Shown: in pieces, positions 37,893-51,800 of the stretch | How the letters are laid out: each line of letters begins with the position of its first letter | How positions within the stretch are numbered: the stretch's first letter is position 1 | Notes under the pieces: model-generated | What the model saw: only the letters and a program-made list of their open reading frames with translations | Told to the model about the DNA's origin: nothing | The model's database searches: none | Position numbers and translations under genes: made by a program | Source: Chrysomallon squamiferum | Taxonomy: Eukaryota > Animalia > Mollusca | Assembly (NCBI GenBank): GCA_012295275.1 | Contig: CM022671.1 | Coordinates: 35,526,001-35,590,000, forward strand | Reading direction: 5' to 3' | DNA length: 64,000 nt

Positions 37893-40800
37893 ATGGATGC
37901 TGCACTCGATGACAACCCACGTGTGATGTGGGAACCGAACAAAAACAGACGTACAAAAATGGATAGACTAAAAGAAAGAATAAACGAGCAGTTTGGTGTG
38001 AAATTGGGTAAGACCACTTTCTGTCAATGTGTCATTTTCACAAGTTTCAGTTTAACTTTCAGCTTGTTTATTATAAATTGACAGCTGTCACAACTTTAAG
38101 CAGCGTATGTGAGAGATATAGGAAATATAAAATAAAAAAAATAAATAAATAAAAATAAAACATAAAATAAAATAAAAAAAATAAAAATCATATTGAATGC
38201 TTATTTTCAAGACAGAGCGACGAACTCCATAGAAGTTTACATAATTCTGAATGTTATGTTCTAAATATATCTTAATAATATAATTCTTAATATATGAAAT
38301 ATAATTTACTATGTTCAGTAAATATAAAATGAAATCAAAACTTATACATTTGTTTATTCAGTTGTATGGTATAAAGATGGTATTTGTATATAAGTATGAA
38401 TATATATTATGTCACCAATCCTCAGTTAAACTTCCTTTTTGAAATCTTTAAAACAACCAGGTAATGTCACTACTTACCTTTTATGTAAGTGCATCATTCT
38501 CGTATGTTTTAAATACTGAATAAGAAAATGACAAGAACATAATAATTTCAGAAATATAGCCTTCTAAATTACAGCTAAGGTGAGCAAGTTGTATAGGTGG
38601 GAGAAACATTTGTGAAAGTTTTGGGACATACATGTCAGTTGAAGAAGAAAATAATAAAGTAATAAGAATCTTTTGAGTTAAACAATTATATAACATATAA
38701 TACATAAAGTGGCATAAGGGCTTATCTAAAAACAATGTACAATTATGTAATATATTGTAAAATATTTTATTCATTTAATATTTAATACTTTTCAGTTATT
38801 AAGTTTTAAAATATTCCTTTGATTTCAGAAACATATCGACAGTTCCATCGATGGTCATGTGATCACTATGCAGATTTTTGGGAGCAGACATGGAAATTCA
38901 CAAAAATTGTCCATTCTAAGACATATGATGAAGTGAGTAATTCATTCATTTATACTGCAATATCAACTTCTCATATTCATCATTTTCATCCCTTTACAGA
39001 ACATCTGATATTTTTCCATTCCAATAAAAACCAATGGTCACGTCTTGTCAAAACCAATTTTTGTTAATAAAATTCTATAACAAAAAACCCTTTCTACTGA
39101 TAATTTTGTGTCTCACACATTTTCTCAAAGATGCAACAAATATTTTTGTTTCCTTTTATATATTAATACTTGATGATTTCTATAACCTGCATTCACATAA
39201 TTCATTCTGTACAAACATATACATTTTTCAGGTGATTGATAAAACCAAAAGTATTGCTGACATACCTGAGTGGTTTCATGGGGCAAGACTTAATTTTGCT
39301 GAAAATCTTTTACGATACAGAGATGATAGGACAGCTATTTATGCAACAGGTAAAATTTGTATATCTACATACTCTTTCCTTTTGTTTTATTATATATTTA
39401 TACTAACTTTTATTTTGTCTGAGTTTTGAATTTTGTAAAGATTAATAACAATTTACATATCATAAGAGATCATGTTTATACAAGCATTAATAAATATTTA
39501 ATAATTAGTAGTATATACATGATAATGGGTTTACTAATGTTTAACTTAAGGCATTAACATGGGTTTAAATTTTGTTATACCAAATCTTCAGGTTAAATAT
39601 ATCTTAAATTATTTTGTTGCAAAAGTTTTAATTTCCTGAAGCTGATTTGATCATGTTTCTCATTTTAGTTTCTTGCAATCAACTGTTCAGATATCAACTT
39701 GTTATTAAACATCAATGATTAAGATTAGTCAGCATCATTTATAAAAATTATGAAAATAAAGTATTCCTTTATGTTTGACATCTAATAATCTTCAATAACA
39801 AAATGTTCATTCTTTTGTTTTTCCACACATATATGCACAGTAAGGAAGTTAATAATATTTCTGTGTTTATGAACATTTTAGCAGTTAATAATATACTGGT
39901 GTTTATTTGTAGGAGAAGGAAGGTCAGAGATCAAGAAGAAGACTTTCTCCGAGTTGTACAAGTCTGTTGCTAGGTATGCATCAGCCATGAAGAAAATGGG
40001 AATTGAGAAGGGGGACAGAGTTGTAGGTAAGTCTTACACAACTAATTTTTCTTCATTATTGAAACCAGTAGTAAAAGGATTGATAAACTTGTTTCATCAA
40101 GGACTGATCTATTTTGTTGAAATATTTTCTCATTTTGCAGAACCAGTAAAGTTCTGTATTAAAGGTTTTAATGAACACTGCATTATTAGTAAGAAATTTT
40201 ATAGAATTGCTTATATTTGCCATAAAAAGTAAATCATCTTGTTTTTTCTTGTGATTTTTTTTTTTTTTTTAGTATTATTGAAAGAGACCTTATTTTGCAT
40301 AAACAGTTATCTCAATGTTCATGTACCAACAAAATAAAATCATGATCTGTGTCCCTGATTAATGAGCTGGTTATCCTTCATTGAGGACGGGAAAAAAAGT
40401 TGTCTTTGGCACAGAATTCTTAAAAGGGACCTATTTCAAACTAGTATAGTTATAAACAAATTTTTTATTATGGATGAATAAATTTACATAATCAGTGTAT
40501 TTAGTATGTAAATTAACAATAACAATACAATCACTTGAATTTCAAAATTCACTTTTTTAGGAAGCTATTCTAGTTTATAATAATTGAAGAATCACTTAAA
40601 CTTTTGCATTAATTATATTTAAATATATTTAATGGATATTTATATGGTAGCATCTGCTCTTTATACAGTGTTATTCTGACAATTGTGAGAACATAAATTA
40701 GACACCATCTGTGTTTGTTACATAAAAACCTGGCCAAGACTGAAACTAAATCTTCACTGTATTGTTGAAGTAGAAACACAGCCTGTACATAATGTGCTTG

Positions 40801-40999
40801 TCATTTCCAATTAGTCTAATTGTTTTGGCATTTTACGCTGTTACATTCATGTCCTTTCCAAAATCCTTTTTGTGAATATGCATGGCAAACATATACAATA
40901 TCCATTTAACTGCTATTATTTTGCTGAATAGTAGATTTTATCTTTCAATGCCAGTATTATTATGATGGATGTGACATAAATGACAGTCTGTAGAGATAA

Positions 41000-41041
<42 letters not shown>

Positions 41042-43236
41042 TTTTCTATACCATAATATATGCTAAGCTGAAGTGAAAAAATCTATTTCTAAAACATGCA
41101 TTATTATCAGGATTTAAAAATAAGGTGACCAGGATATATGTGTTACAGGTTTAAAAAAAAAAATATGATAATAACTAATTAAATAAAACATTAAACAATT
41201 TTCTATTTTTTATTGTTTTTTAAATATTTCTTTTCTTTTTTTTTTCTTCTACAAAATATTAATCTATTTACCCTAATGTTAACCACATAGGAATCTATAG
41301 CAATCATCTTTTAAAATCTGTTTAAAATTCTATTAAATATTTTACAAGCTTATAAAAATATTTAATACTGGTTATTGATGTAAAGAAGAATATTTGAAGT
41401 GTTTTTGATATAATCAGCATGATACAAAGATACACATAAAAAAAGAAGATGACTTAGTGATAAGTTGTAGATGAGATGTGTGTGTAGATAAATCAGTTGT
41501 CTTACTGATGTCTGTGTGAGATGAGATATGTGTAAGTGTCTATGATGATAAAATGAACAGAAACACACACACTATAGATATATAAATTATGTACAATAAA
41601 ACACTGAAAGATGTTTAACTATCTTTGATGTAATGTTCAGCCAGATGTGATGCATGGCTATATATGAACAGTAAGACATCTTTACCATATTTTAAACAGT
41701 CTAACTGGAAAAAAGTGAGGTCCCAACAGCATTAAATTTAAAACTGAAGTTTTTGCACATTTGTGTTACAATCTGTCACGGTAAAATAGAGATACTGTGA
41801 GATACTGTTTGTATATGACAGGGTATATTTCCAACTGTGTGGAGGCTGTAGAAGCTATGTTGGCAGCAGCCAGTATTGGTGCCATATGGAGCTCAACCTC
41901 TCCCGACTTTGGAGTAGTGGTAATACAAATACACCAACATTAAAATACATTTTTAAAAATACAGTTTCTTACTTTTTAAAATTACAGTTCTGATATTCAT
42001 ACAACAGCTGCAGAAACATTTGTGAAGATTATATATAATTGTTTTAATAAATAGGTTCATGTATTAAGACTGTACGAACCAATCTAATAAGCATGAGTTG
42101 GAACCAGACTTTGTCAAAACAGCAGAAGCTGTTGTTTTTAAATGTTGTTGTTACTTTTAAATACAGACTGGAGATACTTTAAACATAGTTACCATCTCTG
42201 AATATATAAGTATTAACCGTTAAAATAAATTGACATTTTTATATCCCAGTTATTTTCTGGAGGTTTTTTTTTTTCTGTATTAAGGGTGTGTTAGAAAGAT
42301 TCACACAGATTCGACCGAAGTTGATTTTCAGTGTGAATGCAGTCCACTACAATGGAAAAATTCACAACCACATGGAGAAACTTGTTAAAGTTGTTCGAGG
42401 TATGTTTATTTATTATTGTTGTTGTTGTTGTTGTTATTATTTTGTTTTTGTTACTTTTTTGATATGTGTTCAGTACATATTAAAATATGTGAATTATAGA
42501 TCAAATTCAACTTATATTATTTATCTATTATAACATATAAAAATACGTACACTCATCTTATTGTAACACTTATATTGGAATTACAGGTTTACCAGATTTA
42601 CAGAAATGTGTTGTGATTCCATTTGTTGAAGAAACCCCATTTGATCTTCCTGAAATATCTAACAGGTAACAATCTATTTATTGTCATTATTTGTTTTGTA
42701 CAATAATCCAACAAAGACTGAGTATACTTTCTTTTCCATTTTTATTTTTATATGTGTGTATTATCATGCTGAGAAAATAAAGAGAAATTGTGATTTAACA
42801 GATCTACACTTTCAAGTCATGTCAACAGTCATAACAATTAATACATTTTTTTTCCTCTGCATACTTTCTTAGCCAAACAGTATATTATGAGTTGAGGAAT
42901 AGAGCATATCTTTCTGCTTTTTTTTTCTTTCTACTTTTTCAGACAGTTAAAAGCATGTATCATTTGTGTGTATGTATAAACTCAGGCATATATTTTTCTT
43001 ATATAAATAAATATATATAAATACAAAACAAATGTGAATAAAATTGTATATTTTCTGTAAATGACTGTTTTAGTTGTACACTGGAAGAATTTCTGAAAGG
43101 GAATGACGATGTTACTGAAATTGAGTTTGAACAAGTTCCATTTAACCATCCACTTTACATCATGTACTCGTCAGGCACAACTGGGGTACCCAAGTGTATG
43201 GTACATTCTGTTGGAGTAAGTATCATGTACTTCAGG

Positions 43237-43299
<63 letters not shown>

Positions 43300-46200
43300 T
43301 GTGTGTGGAAATGAGATCATCTATTGTGCATCCATGCATTGGAATTTGTGTCTAAAAATATAAATGAATTATAGAATGTCAAGTATTAGAAAAGTTTTGT
43401 TTCATTATCTTAATTTCTCTTTCTGTTTTTATTTCTCAGGGGACACTTTTGAAACATCAAGAGGAACATGTTATTCAGGGAGATATGGACAGAGATGATA
43501 TTATGTTGTATTACACAACAGTAAGTTATGTTTTTTTGTAGTATTTTTACACACATATATATTTGGATACTTACTAACTATATATAGAACATGCACATTA
43601 TTGCTGGCATGTTTAAATATGTGTATGAGTAAATTATATCACATGATGATAATTGAATATTATTACTAATGCTAAACCTGACAAGTAGAGTTATTCCAAG
43701 AGTTTATATTTAATTTTTTGACATGTCTGCAATAAGAAAGAAAGCAAATCTAATTAATAAACGTTTTATATGGATAGTAATTATTACATAGTTAGTTTAA
43801 AACAGATGTTAAATTGGAGCACACATGTAATTTTTTTCTTTAAGAAATTATTTACATGTATTAAAGCTGAAGCCTTTACTAAAAGACAGTATATTATGTA
43901 TATTATTTGTGTCATTTAAAAATTACATATTTTGTGTATTTTGATATTTATGTAAGAATTTAAGAGAGATGTTTATGTAGACAGGCTAGACCTTATTTTG
44001 TGTGTTTTTGTTAGAATTTAAAAATGACATATTTTGTGTACTTTGATATTTATGTAAGAATTTAAAAGAGAAATGTTTATGTAGAGGATCTGGACCATAT
44101 TTTGTGTGTTTTTGTCAGAATTTAAAAATGACATATTTTAGTATTCATGTAAAGATTTAAAAGAGAAATGTTTATGCAGACAGGCTGGATGATGTGGAAC
44201 TGGCTGGTTTCTGTTCTAGCAGTGGGTGCTGCCATTGTTCTCTATGATGGGTCACCACTGGTACCTCACCCTTTTGTCTTGTGGGATCTTATTGACAAAA
44301 TTGGGTTAGTAATGTTATATACTAAAACTAAAACAACTATTATTTCAAGTATAGGAAAATAAAAACTGAATGTATGTTAAAAGATTATATTTGTTCTGCC
44401 ATTAATAATAATTAAAACATATATATATATTTTTAAAGAAGTCAGTGTAATAAAATCCAATAAATATTTCTTTTATTCTTTTTAAAAAAAAATTATCTAA
44501 CAATTTTAACATATTTTATTATATAAAAACTAAAATAAAATCCAATAAATTTTTCTTTTATTCTTTTTAAAAAAAAAATTATCTAACAATTTTAACATAT
44601 TTTATTATATAAAAACAAAAATTATTTTCAGTCCTGTTATCTGACTTTTTGTTTTTGGATATAAATACATTTTTATATGAATTGTGTTTAAATTTATCTT
44701 TTCTAGCCACAAATATTTCTTTTTCCTGAATCCATGATATCTAAAACAAACTTAGAATATTGATTTTTTATTTATTTATATTTTTTTGTTCATTATTTAA
44801 AAAAGAATAACTGTATTAGGAACTGGAGCAAAGTGGCTGGCAGTGTTGGAGGACAAGGGTGTAAAACCAGGTAAATAAATAAATAAATACAAATTCATCA
44901 TTTTTACTGCCACCTTTATGCTGCAATTTTCTTTTTTCTGCTTGTAGTAATATTTTTTTGCAAAATAAGTGACTGTTAATATAATTATTTTAATAAAATT
45001 CCTTAATAACAGTCTGTGCTGATACAATTATTTTAATAAAATTCCTTAATTATTGTATGTGTTGACACTGCTTTTTTAATAAAATTCAATTACAACTGTC
45101 TCTGTTAATATAATTATTTTAATAAAATTCCTTATTACTTCATTTCAGCTCAGACTCACAAATTGGATTCACTAAAAGCAATATTGTCAACAGGTTCTCC
45201 ACTGAAACCTGTCTCGTACGATTATGTTTATCGTGACATAAAAAAAGATGTGCTGCTTTCATCCATAACAGGTAGATATCTTTATTTATTCATATCAATA
45301 ACACTTTGTCATTTACTAATTTAGAAGCATCAAAGGTTAAAAATTAATGAAGATATTTAAACTGTCACATTTGTTCCATCATTAAAATTGTATTGTACAT
45401 TTGTAAGAAAGTGTTTCTTTTTTTTGATTTTTTTATTAATTTCTCAGTAACACGAATTTTATTGTAATTATTTTAATTATTAAAAACAAGAATAGCCATT
45501 AAAAAAACCTAATAATAAGAATGAATGTTTTCCTTTGCATTTTATGTCATTTTAAAAGCACAATAAAAATGATAATTGCAGTCCAATAATTTATATTACA
45601 TTACTAATAATAGCAATTTTATTTATAAGATTATTGTTTTTGTTAATATTTAATGTTTCTACCACCAATACCACAGCTGTTACTTATAATTAACACTAGT
45701 GTGTATCTAAACTGTAATTTATTAAATTTATAACTATGTTTTAATGTCTAGGTGGTACTGATATAATTGCGTGTTTCATGGGACAGAACTGGACAGTTCC
45801 GGTGTATCGCAGTGAAATTCAGTGCTGTGTTCTGGGCTGTAACATGGAATCCTGGAATGAAGAAGGTAAAGTAGACATAAAAACATGAGAAAAAACAGCT
45901 AGCACAGGTGCCTTCTCAGTAGACAGGGATTGTACCAGTCAGTGCTTTAATTTGAAACATCTGAAAGTGGAAATAGTAAAACCGTGTTTCACTGTAATGA
46001 ATAATAATACATTTTGTAACTGTTAAAAATTGTCTTTGCTTGATTAGAAAAGTTATTGTAATTGATGTTTTCATTTATTAAATACACATGTAGATTTTGT
46101 AACTGTTACAAATTGTGTATGCTAGAACAGAAAGTTATTGGAATTGATGTTTTTATTAAGTACACATGTAGTAAATGTAACTGTTGTTACAGGGAAGCCA

Positions 46201-46331
46201 GTTTACAACACAAATGGAGAAATGGTTTGTCTCACTCCTTTCCCCTCAATGCCAGTTTTCTTCTGGGACGACCCTGACAGAATGAAATACAAAAAAGCTT
46301 ATTTCAGCAAATATCCAGGTGACTGTTAGTA

Positions 46332-46375
<44 letters not shown>

Positions 46376-48344
46376 ATGTGTGTATATGTAACACTACATG
46401 TAAAATAAATATAATATCACTGCACTGTGTGAAAGTGATTGTGAAGAATAAAAGAATAACATTTCAATTTTTTGTTATGTTTTGTTTTATTTTTATTTGT
46501 TTTTCCTTTGAAATTTCATCGTTTTAATGCACACTGTATAATGTTTCAGGTGTCTGGGCACATGGTGATTTCTGCATTATCAACGAGAAAACTGGTGGTA
46601 TAATAATGCTTGGTCGAAGGTAAATTTTACACAATCTGTTTCTTAGCCGCCTCTAAAATATTGTTGTAGAATAGGCTAGAATTCAGTTTTATGTACTAGT
46701 TTATCATTTTCAGCATAATTGTTTCAGTCACAGATAATAGATATAAATTAATTAAAGAATAAAGACGCAGTAGATTTTTGAAGGTGCTTGTGTTATCATC
46801 AGTTTTGTTAATAAAAGTACAGACTGAAAAACTGAGATTGTATCAGATTTAATTTAAATTTATTTACATTTTGATAAACAATATTTGCATTTTATTTTGT
46901 AAATATTTATTTTTAGTATATTGTTTGAAAAATATCAATATTTTTTTGGCATGTTATGTAAACATTTGTTTTATATCTGTATTTAATTGACAGTAATTTA
47001 TGAATAAAAATATATAGGTTATTAAAAAAAAATGTGATTTAAAGTGATCTCAGTTTGCATTCATTTTATGTTTAATATATTATGTTTGGGTTTTTGAGTG
47101 TTTATGTTTTTATTTGTTTATTATGGGGTTGTTGTTGTTTTTGGGTGTGTATATTTATCTGAAATGTCAAAAGTGTTATCTGTTTATATTTAAAAACCTT
47201 GTGTAATTTAAAAATGAGCTCCAATCAAAAGACAAATATTTACACCTTTCTAGAAATGTAAACATTTTACATTTATGAATAATTCCATTATTATGATAAT
47301 TTGTTGACAGGGTGTAAATACATTACATATTTTTCTTGTAGCATATATATATATTTGAATAACTGGTAATACATGATAGCAGAATTCAGTTTTTACATAC
47401 TGATTTTTGCAACATTTTTTCTTGTTTGTTTTGTTGTTGTTTTATTTTTTATTTTTTATTTATATATTTATTTTTTATTTTTTTATTTATTTATTTATTT
47501 TATTATTATAATGTTATTTATCTCTTACTATGTATGCATTTTGAATACAGTAGTTACTTATTTACCTATTTGGAAACTTATTTCCTTAATTTTGTTATAT
47601 AAACTGTGAAACAAAGACACTTTTGAAATTGTCCAAAATCTTTCAAAAATTATTTCAAAAATAAAAAGAACAGAAAAAAAAAATAAAAAATAACCTCACA
47701 TTTTATTTTTTTCTAAGATAAATTTTAACTACCATAAAGCTTATGACAGTAATTCTAGAAAAGGTTTAAAACTGTCAAAAACAATTAGATATTTTATTAA
47801 TTGTAACTAAGTAATTTCATAAATTTTTACCTTTTTAGTGATGGTACACTGAATCCTAATGGTGTAAGGTTTGGAAGTGCTGAAATTTATAACATTGGTG
47901 AGATGTTTTTAATATTCATTTAATACTTGATGTACATATAGATTAATAAGATTATCCAAACAAACAAAACAAATCAGTTGATGCATAGATGGGTATCTTC
48001 ATGTGTGCATATTGAGAAAGAAATACGTGGTTTTATTAATTGTAACAGTTGAGGCATTCAAGGAAATTCAGGACAGCGTGTGTGTAGCTCAGCGTAGTTC
48101 AGACAACATGGAGGAGAGAGTGGTTCTGTTTGTTCGGATGGCGCCAGGCAGTGAGTTCAGCAAGGATCTTGTGTCAAGTCTGAGAGCTAGCATACGAATG
48201 AGTCTGTCTGCCAGACATGTACCAGCAATCATTCTGCCCATCAGCGATATTCCAGTGAGTATAGATATAAATATATATAAATAAAGTAGGTATAGACATA
48301 GATATACATAGAGATATACATTGATACATAGGCATAGATATACA

Positions 48345-48377
<33 letters not shown>

Positions 48378-48890
48378 ATGTATGTATATGTATGTATATA
48401 TACACATACATCAATACATACATACATTCAGACACACACACACACAAGTATATATACTAAATAATTTTGACATTGAAAGATAATTGAAGAAAACAAATTT
48501 CAACAGCACCTCAAATTATTTTAATAATAATGGTGACAGGAAGCCTAAATTCTTGACTCATATTTACTAAATAGCAGCAAATAGTCATTCAAGTGCACCT
48601 TCCCATTAGCTGGAAAATAAGTTTTGTGTGTGTGACACTGGCTTATCTGAGTCTTAGCTCAGTGAGGTGTGTAACTCTGTAGAGTGAAATTTTATCACAA
48701 TAATAAATGGATGTTACACTGGACTAAACAGTGTCTGGTGATTTCATTTCAGCACACAATCAGTGGGAAGAAAGTGGAGATAGCTGTCAAGATGGCAGTA
48801 GCAGGGAGAGACGTGCCACAGAGAGGGGCTTTGATAAACCCAGAGTCGATCGACCTCTACTACAACATTGAGCAGCTGAAAGGTTACTGA
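37893..48890 (+). CDS. AACS: Acetoacetyl-CoA synthetase
   Basis: 18 exons: 37893-38007, 38829-38932, 39232-39349, 39913-40026, 41822-41919, 42285-42399, 42587-42665, 43074-43215, 43440-43520, 44180-44304, 44806-44870, 45149-45271, 45752-45865, 46193-46318, 46550-46619, 47839-47897, 48049-48254, 48753-48890. 663 aa. Motifs [29 protein letters not shown]-binding [60 protein letters not shown]. Confidence 0.95.
43239..43307. repeat. Compound (GT)n(GCGT)n microsatellite
   Basis: Alternating purine-pyrimidine run. Confidence 0.9.
43925..44190. repeat. About 100-bp tandem triplication ending in the AACS exon 10 acceptor
   Basis: Three copies of acatattttg...gaatttaa(a)agag(a)atgtttatg(t/c)ag-acaggct(a/g)ga, with AGs at 43980, 44084 and 44179. 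Confidence 0.85.
44451..44620. repeat. About 85-bp direct tandem duplication
   Basis: taaaatccaataaat.tttc...attatctaacaattttaacatattttattatataaaaac starts at about 44451 and 44536. Confidence 0.85.
44972..45135. repeat. About 40-45 bp degenerate tandem repeat
   Basis: Four copies of the ttttaataaaattc(c/a) core, with tgtgttga-like spacers. Confidence 0.7.
46010..46190. repeat. About 75-bp tandem duplication upstream of AACS exon 14
   Basis: ttttgtaactgtta.aaattgt...aaagttattg.aattgatgttt...tacacatgtag occurs twice. A third partial copy supplies the acceptor. Confidence 0.75.
46334..46384. repeat. (GT)n microsatellite
   Basis: About 20 GT units just after an AACS donor site. Confidence 0.95.
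48258..48448. repeat. Compound ATAG/GT/TATG/CA low-complexity repeat
   Basis: Successive simple-repeat tracts in the last AACS intron. Confidence 0.8.
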
Positions 48891-51800
48891 GCAGAGAGAG
48901 ACTAAATACTCCATAGTTACATACTTTAGAATCATTTTACATTAATCAGAACCACTCGTACCTTGTTATATGTATCATATATGTCTTTGTATCACATTTA
49001 CACGTTTTGGACCTGGTGGTATATTAAATAGGCACTGTCCACTAATAGTGTTAAACAGTGGTATTATATATGGTGAATGTATACAAATACAGTAAAACTT
49101 TGATGATTTGAATTTGATGGCTTCAGGAATATGTTTCCTGTTAGAGTTTTCAAAATTCAAATGAACAAGTTTAATATTGCAAGAAACACACTTGCATATT
49201 TTGTAAACTAAATAAAATAAAACAGCAAAAACAGACGATACATACATTACAAAAAAACACATAATTGAAACACATAACTGGAAATAAATAACAAATTCCA
49301 GTATTTTCTTATTTCTAATCTTAGCGGAATACAATCAACACAACTGTATTAAGTGGAATTTAAAATGGAAGTTGCATATTTGAGGTGAAATATTTATTTG
49401 TAAGCACAGAGAAACTCCTAACAGTAAACTTTATCAGCTTACTACAACAGTTCTTTGAAGATTGTCTGCAATTATAAATTATGTAAAGAGGCCTGACATT
49501 ATATACACAGGAAACATATACTGTCCATTCCAGTGCTTCATGTTTTTAATACTAAATAACCAGGTATGCAAAATGACTTTGGGGAATAGAGGTTTTTGAG
49601 TTACCAGTGTTTTAATTTTCAAAGGTCATTATTACTAGTTTATATAGGAGCTTAGCCAGCACTAGACTTTCAGTTCAAGCAACCGATGAATCTTTACTGT
49701 ATTTGTATGTATACCTCAGTCTAGAATATGTGGACCGGTGGGTATTAAATAATGTTTTTTTAAATAACATTTATTTAGTTTTCATTGTAGTTCTTTTACA
49801 CAAGAAGCCGGTGACAAGTGTAATTTTACATCTTCAACTTGGAAAAAAAAATTTATGCAAATGTTATAGTAAAATTACCATATGCATTGTTACTATATGT
49901 AATCATTTAAATGGCAAATGGTTGTATGTGTGTGTGAAATGTTCGTTTAAAAAAAATAATAATATTCTACAGTATTTTATATTAAAGTATATTTGAGGTT
50001 ACGGGTAAATATTGCCCAAATATATTTTTGTTTCAAAGTGTCTCTTTTATTTTGGCCAACTTGTTCTAATGACAAGGTATGATAGCATTTTTGTTTAACA
50101 GTTATTTTTTTTATAAAACAAAATGATAACAAAAATTGAAAAATCAACACCTGCATAATAGCAGAAATGTATTGGTAGGATGAAATAAACCAGTCAGGTG
50201 TAAATGTACAAAATGAACTGAGATTTTTTATTAACATCACCACACATATTTCAATTGGAAAATGAAACAACAGAAGGGAAGTATAAGCAGTATTTAAAAA
50301 AACCATGTATGATGTTATTAATTGTTGACTTTCTGTTTTTAACTTCGGTTTATTTAACTTTTTTAAGAATGAACTTTTGACTGATTTTAATTTTGATGTT
50401 TATTGTATAATAAATATCTTGTTATTTGTACTCAGGCTATTCCAGTTATCATTCATTTCTTTTAAATTTGGTTCAAAAGTGCATTTTACATATTCATTTG
50501 TGTCATTTCATTTTTAAATTAAATTATATAACAGTAATTTATTATAAATGAAAGGAAAAGACATTTTAATTTTTAGGACTTTTTTTTATCTTATAAGAAA
50601 ACTGTTTTGTATTGGATTAGTTTTACAATAAAATAATAACCACTATTTAGTGAATCTTTTGAATTTTAATACTTTTTGTGGTTTTAATTTTTTTTGAGTG
50701 GCATTTGAGACTGTTATGGAACTAAATCTGTTGTTTTCATCTTGTAAACTTTTTTTTTTTTTAAATATACTTTTGTTAATCTGTTTTGAGTGCTATTTAC
50801 ATTAAAAATATTGTATATTATGAGGTACCATGGTTAAAGATGTTTGTTATTAGTGTGGTTTTTATGGGTTTATCTGTGTAGGATCACTGAAAAAATATAT
50901 TGATATAATATATGATTTCTTATTAAAATGTACTTAATAACCAGTAATAAGTATGAATAAAACTATTGTTTTTGTGGTATTTTTGTTTTCATTCTAGTTA
51001 CATCACCATAAGATTAAAAACAAACATTAAAAATAAGATAAAACAAATTACATGAGAATCTTTGATTCTGGCTGATTGTTTTGTTAGGGTAGACTAATGA
51101 ATTCTCAGTAAATTATTACAGCAATGTCTGAATTAGATCAGGTGGAAGAAAGGATTATTTAAGGATCAAGATTAGCAGTGTCAAGTGACAGGATTAATCC
51201 TCAACAGTCCTTTTCATTTCCTCATTATACTTGTGTAACTGACACATCACAATGTCAAAATTTCCTCTCGTTATGAGAGAAGCATTTGTTTTATAAATAA
51301 TAATGTTAATGATAATGATTATTAAATAACATTTCTACTTTAGATGAAATTGTTTAAGCACAAACTCCTGTATATGCATTCTATTTAAATGTACAAAACT
51401 GTTCCTAGAACCTTTACTTTCCATTTTGTAATGCATTTTCTTCCACAATATTTAAGAGTAAAAAAAAAAAAAAGAAAGAAGAAATTGCCCATGTAGCTAA
51501 AGCACTGGAAATAAATAAACAAAAAGATAAAGGATAATCCATTTATTCACTACGTACATCCATACAAACCAGTATTTGATTTTAAAAATACCACATACCA
51601 TATTCATAATACCATTAGTAAGGTATAAAATTAACAAAACAAAACCCATGATGTAAAATAAAACATAAGTCATAGTACTGAAATTTATACTGTTTTGAAA
51701 TGGCACATAAACTGAAAAATAAAAGCCACATACTTGTAACTGAAATGTAAAATTAAAAATGATGTGAAACAATTACAAATATTTTGATTATTTTTGAAAG

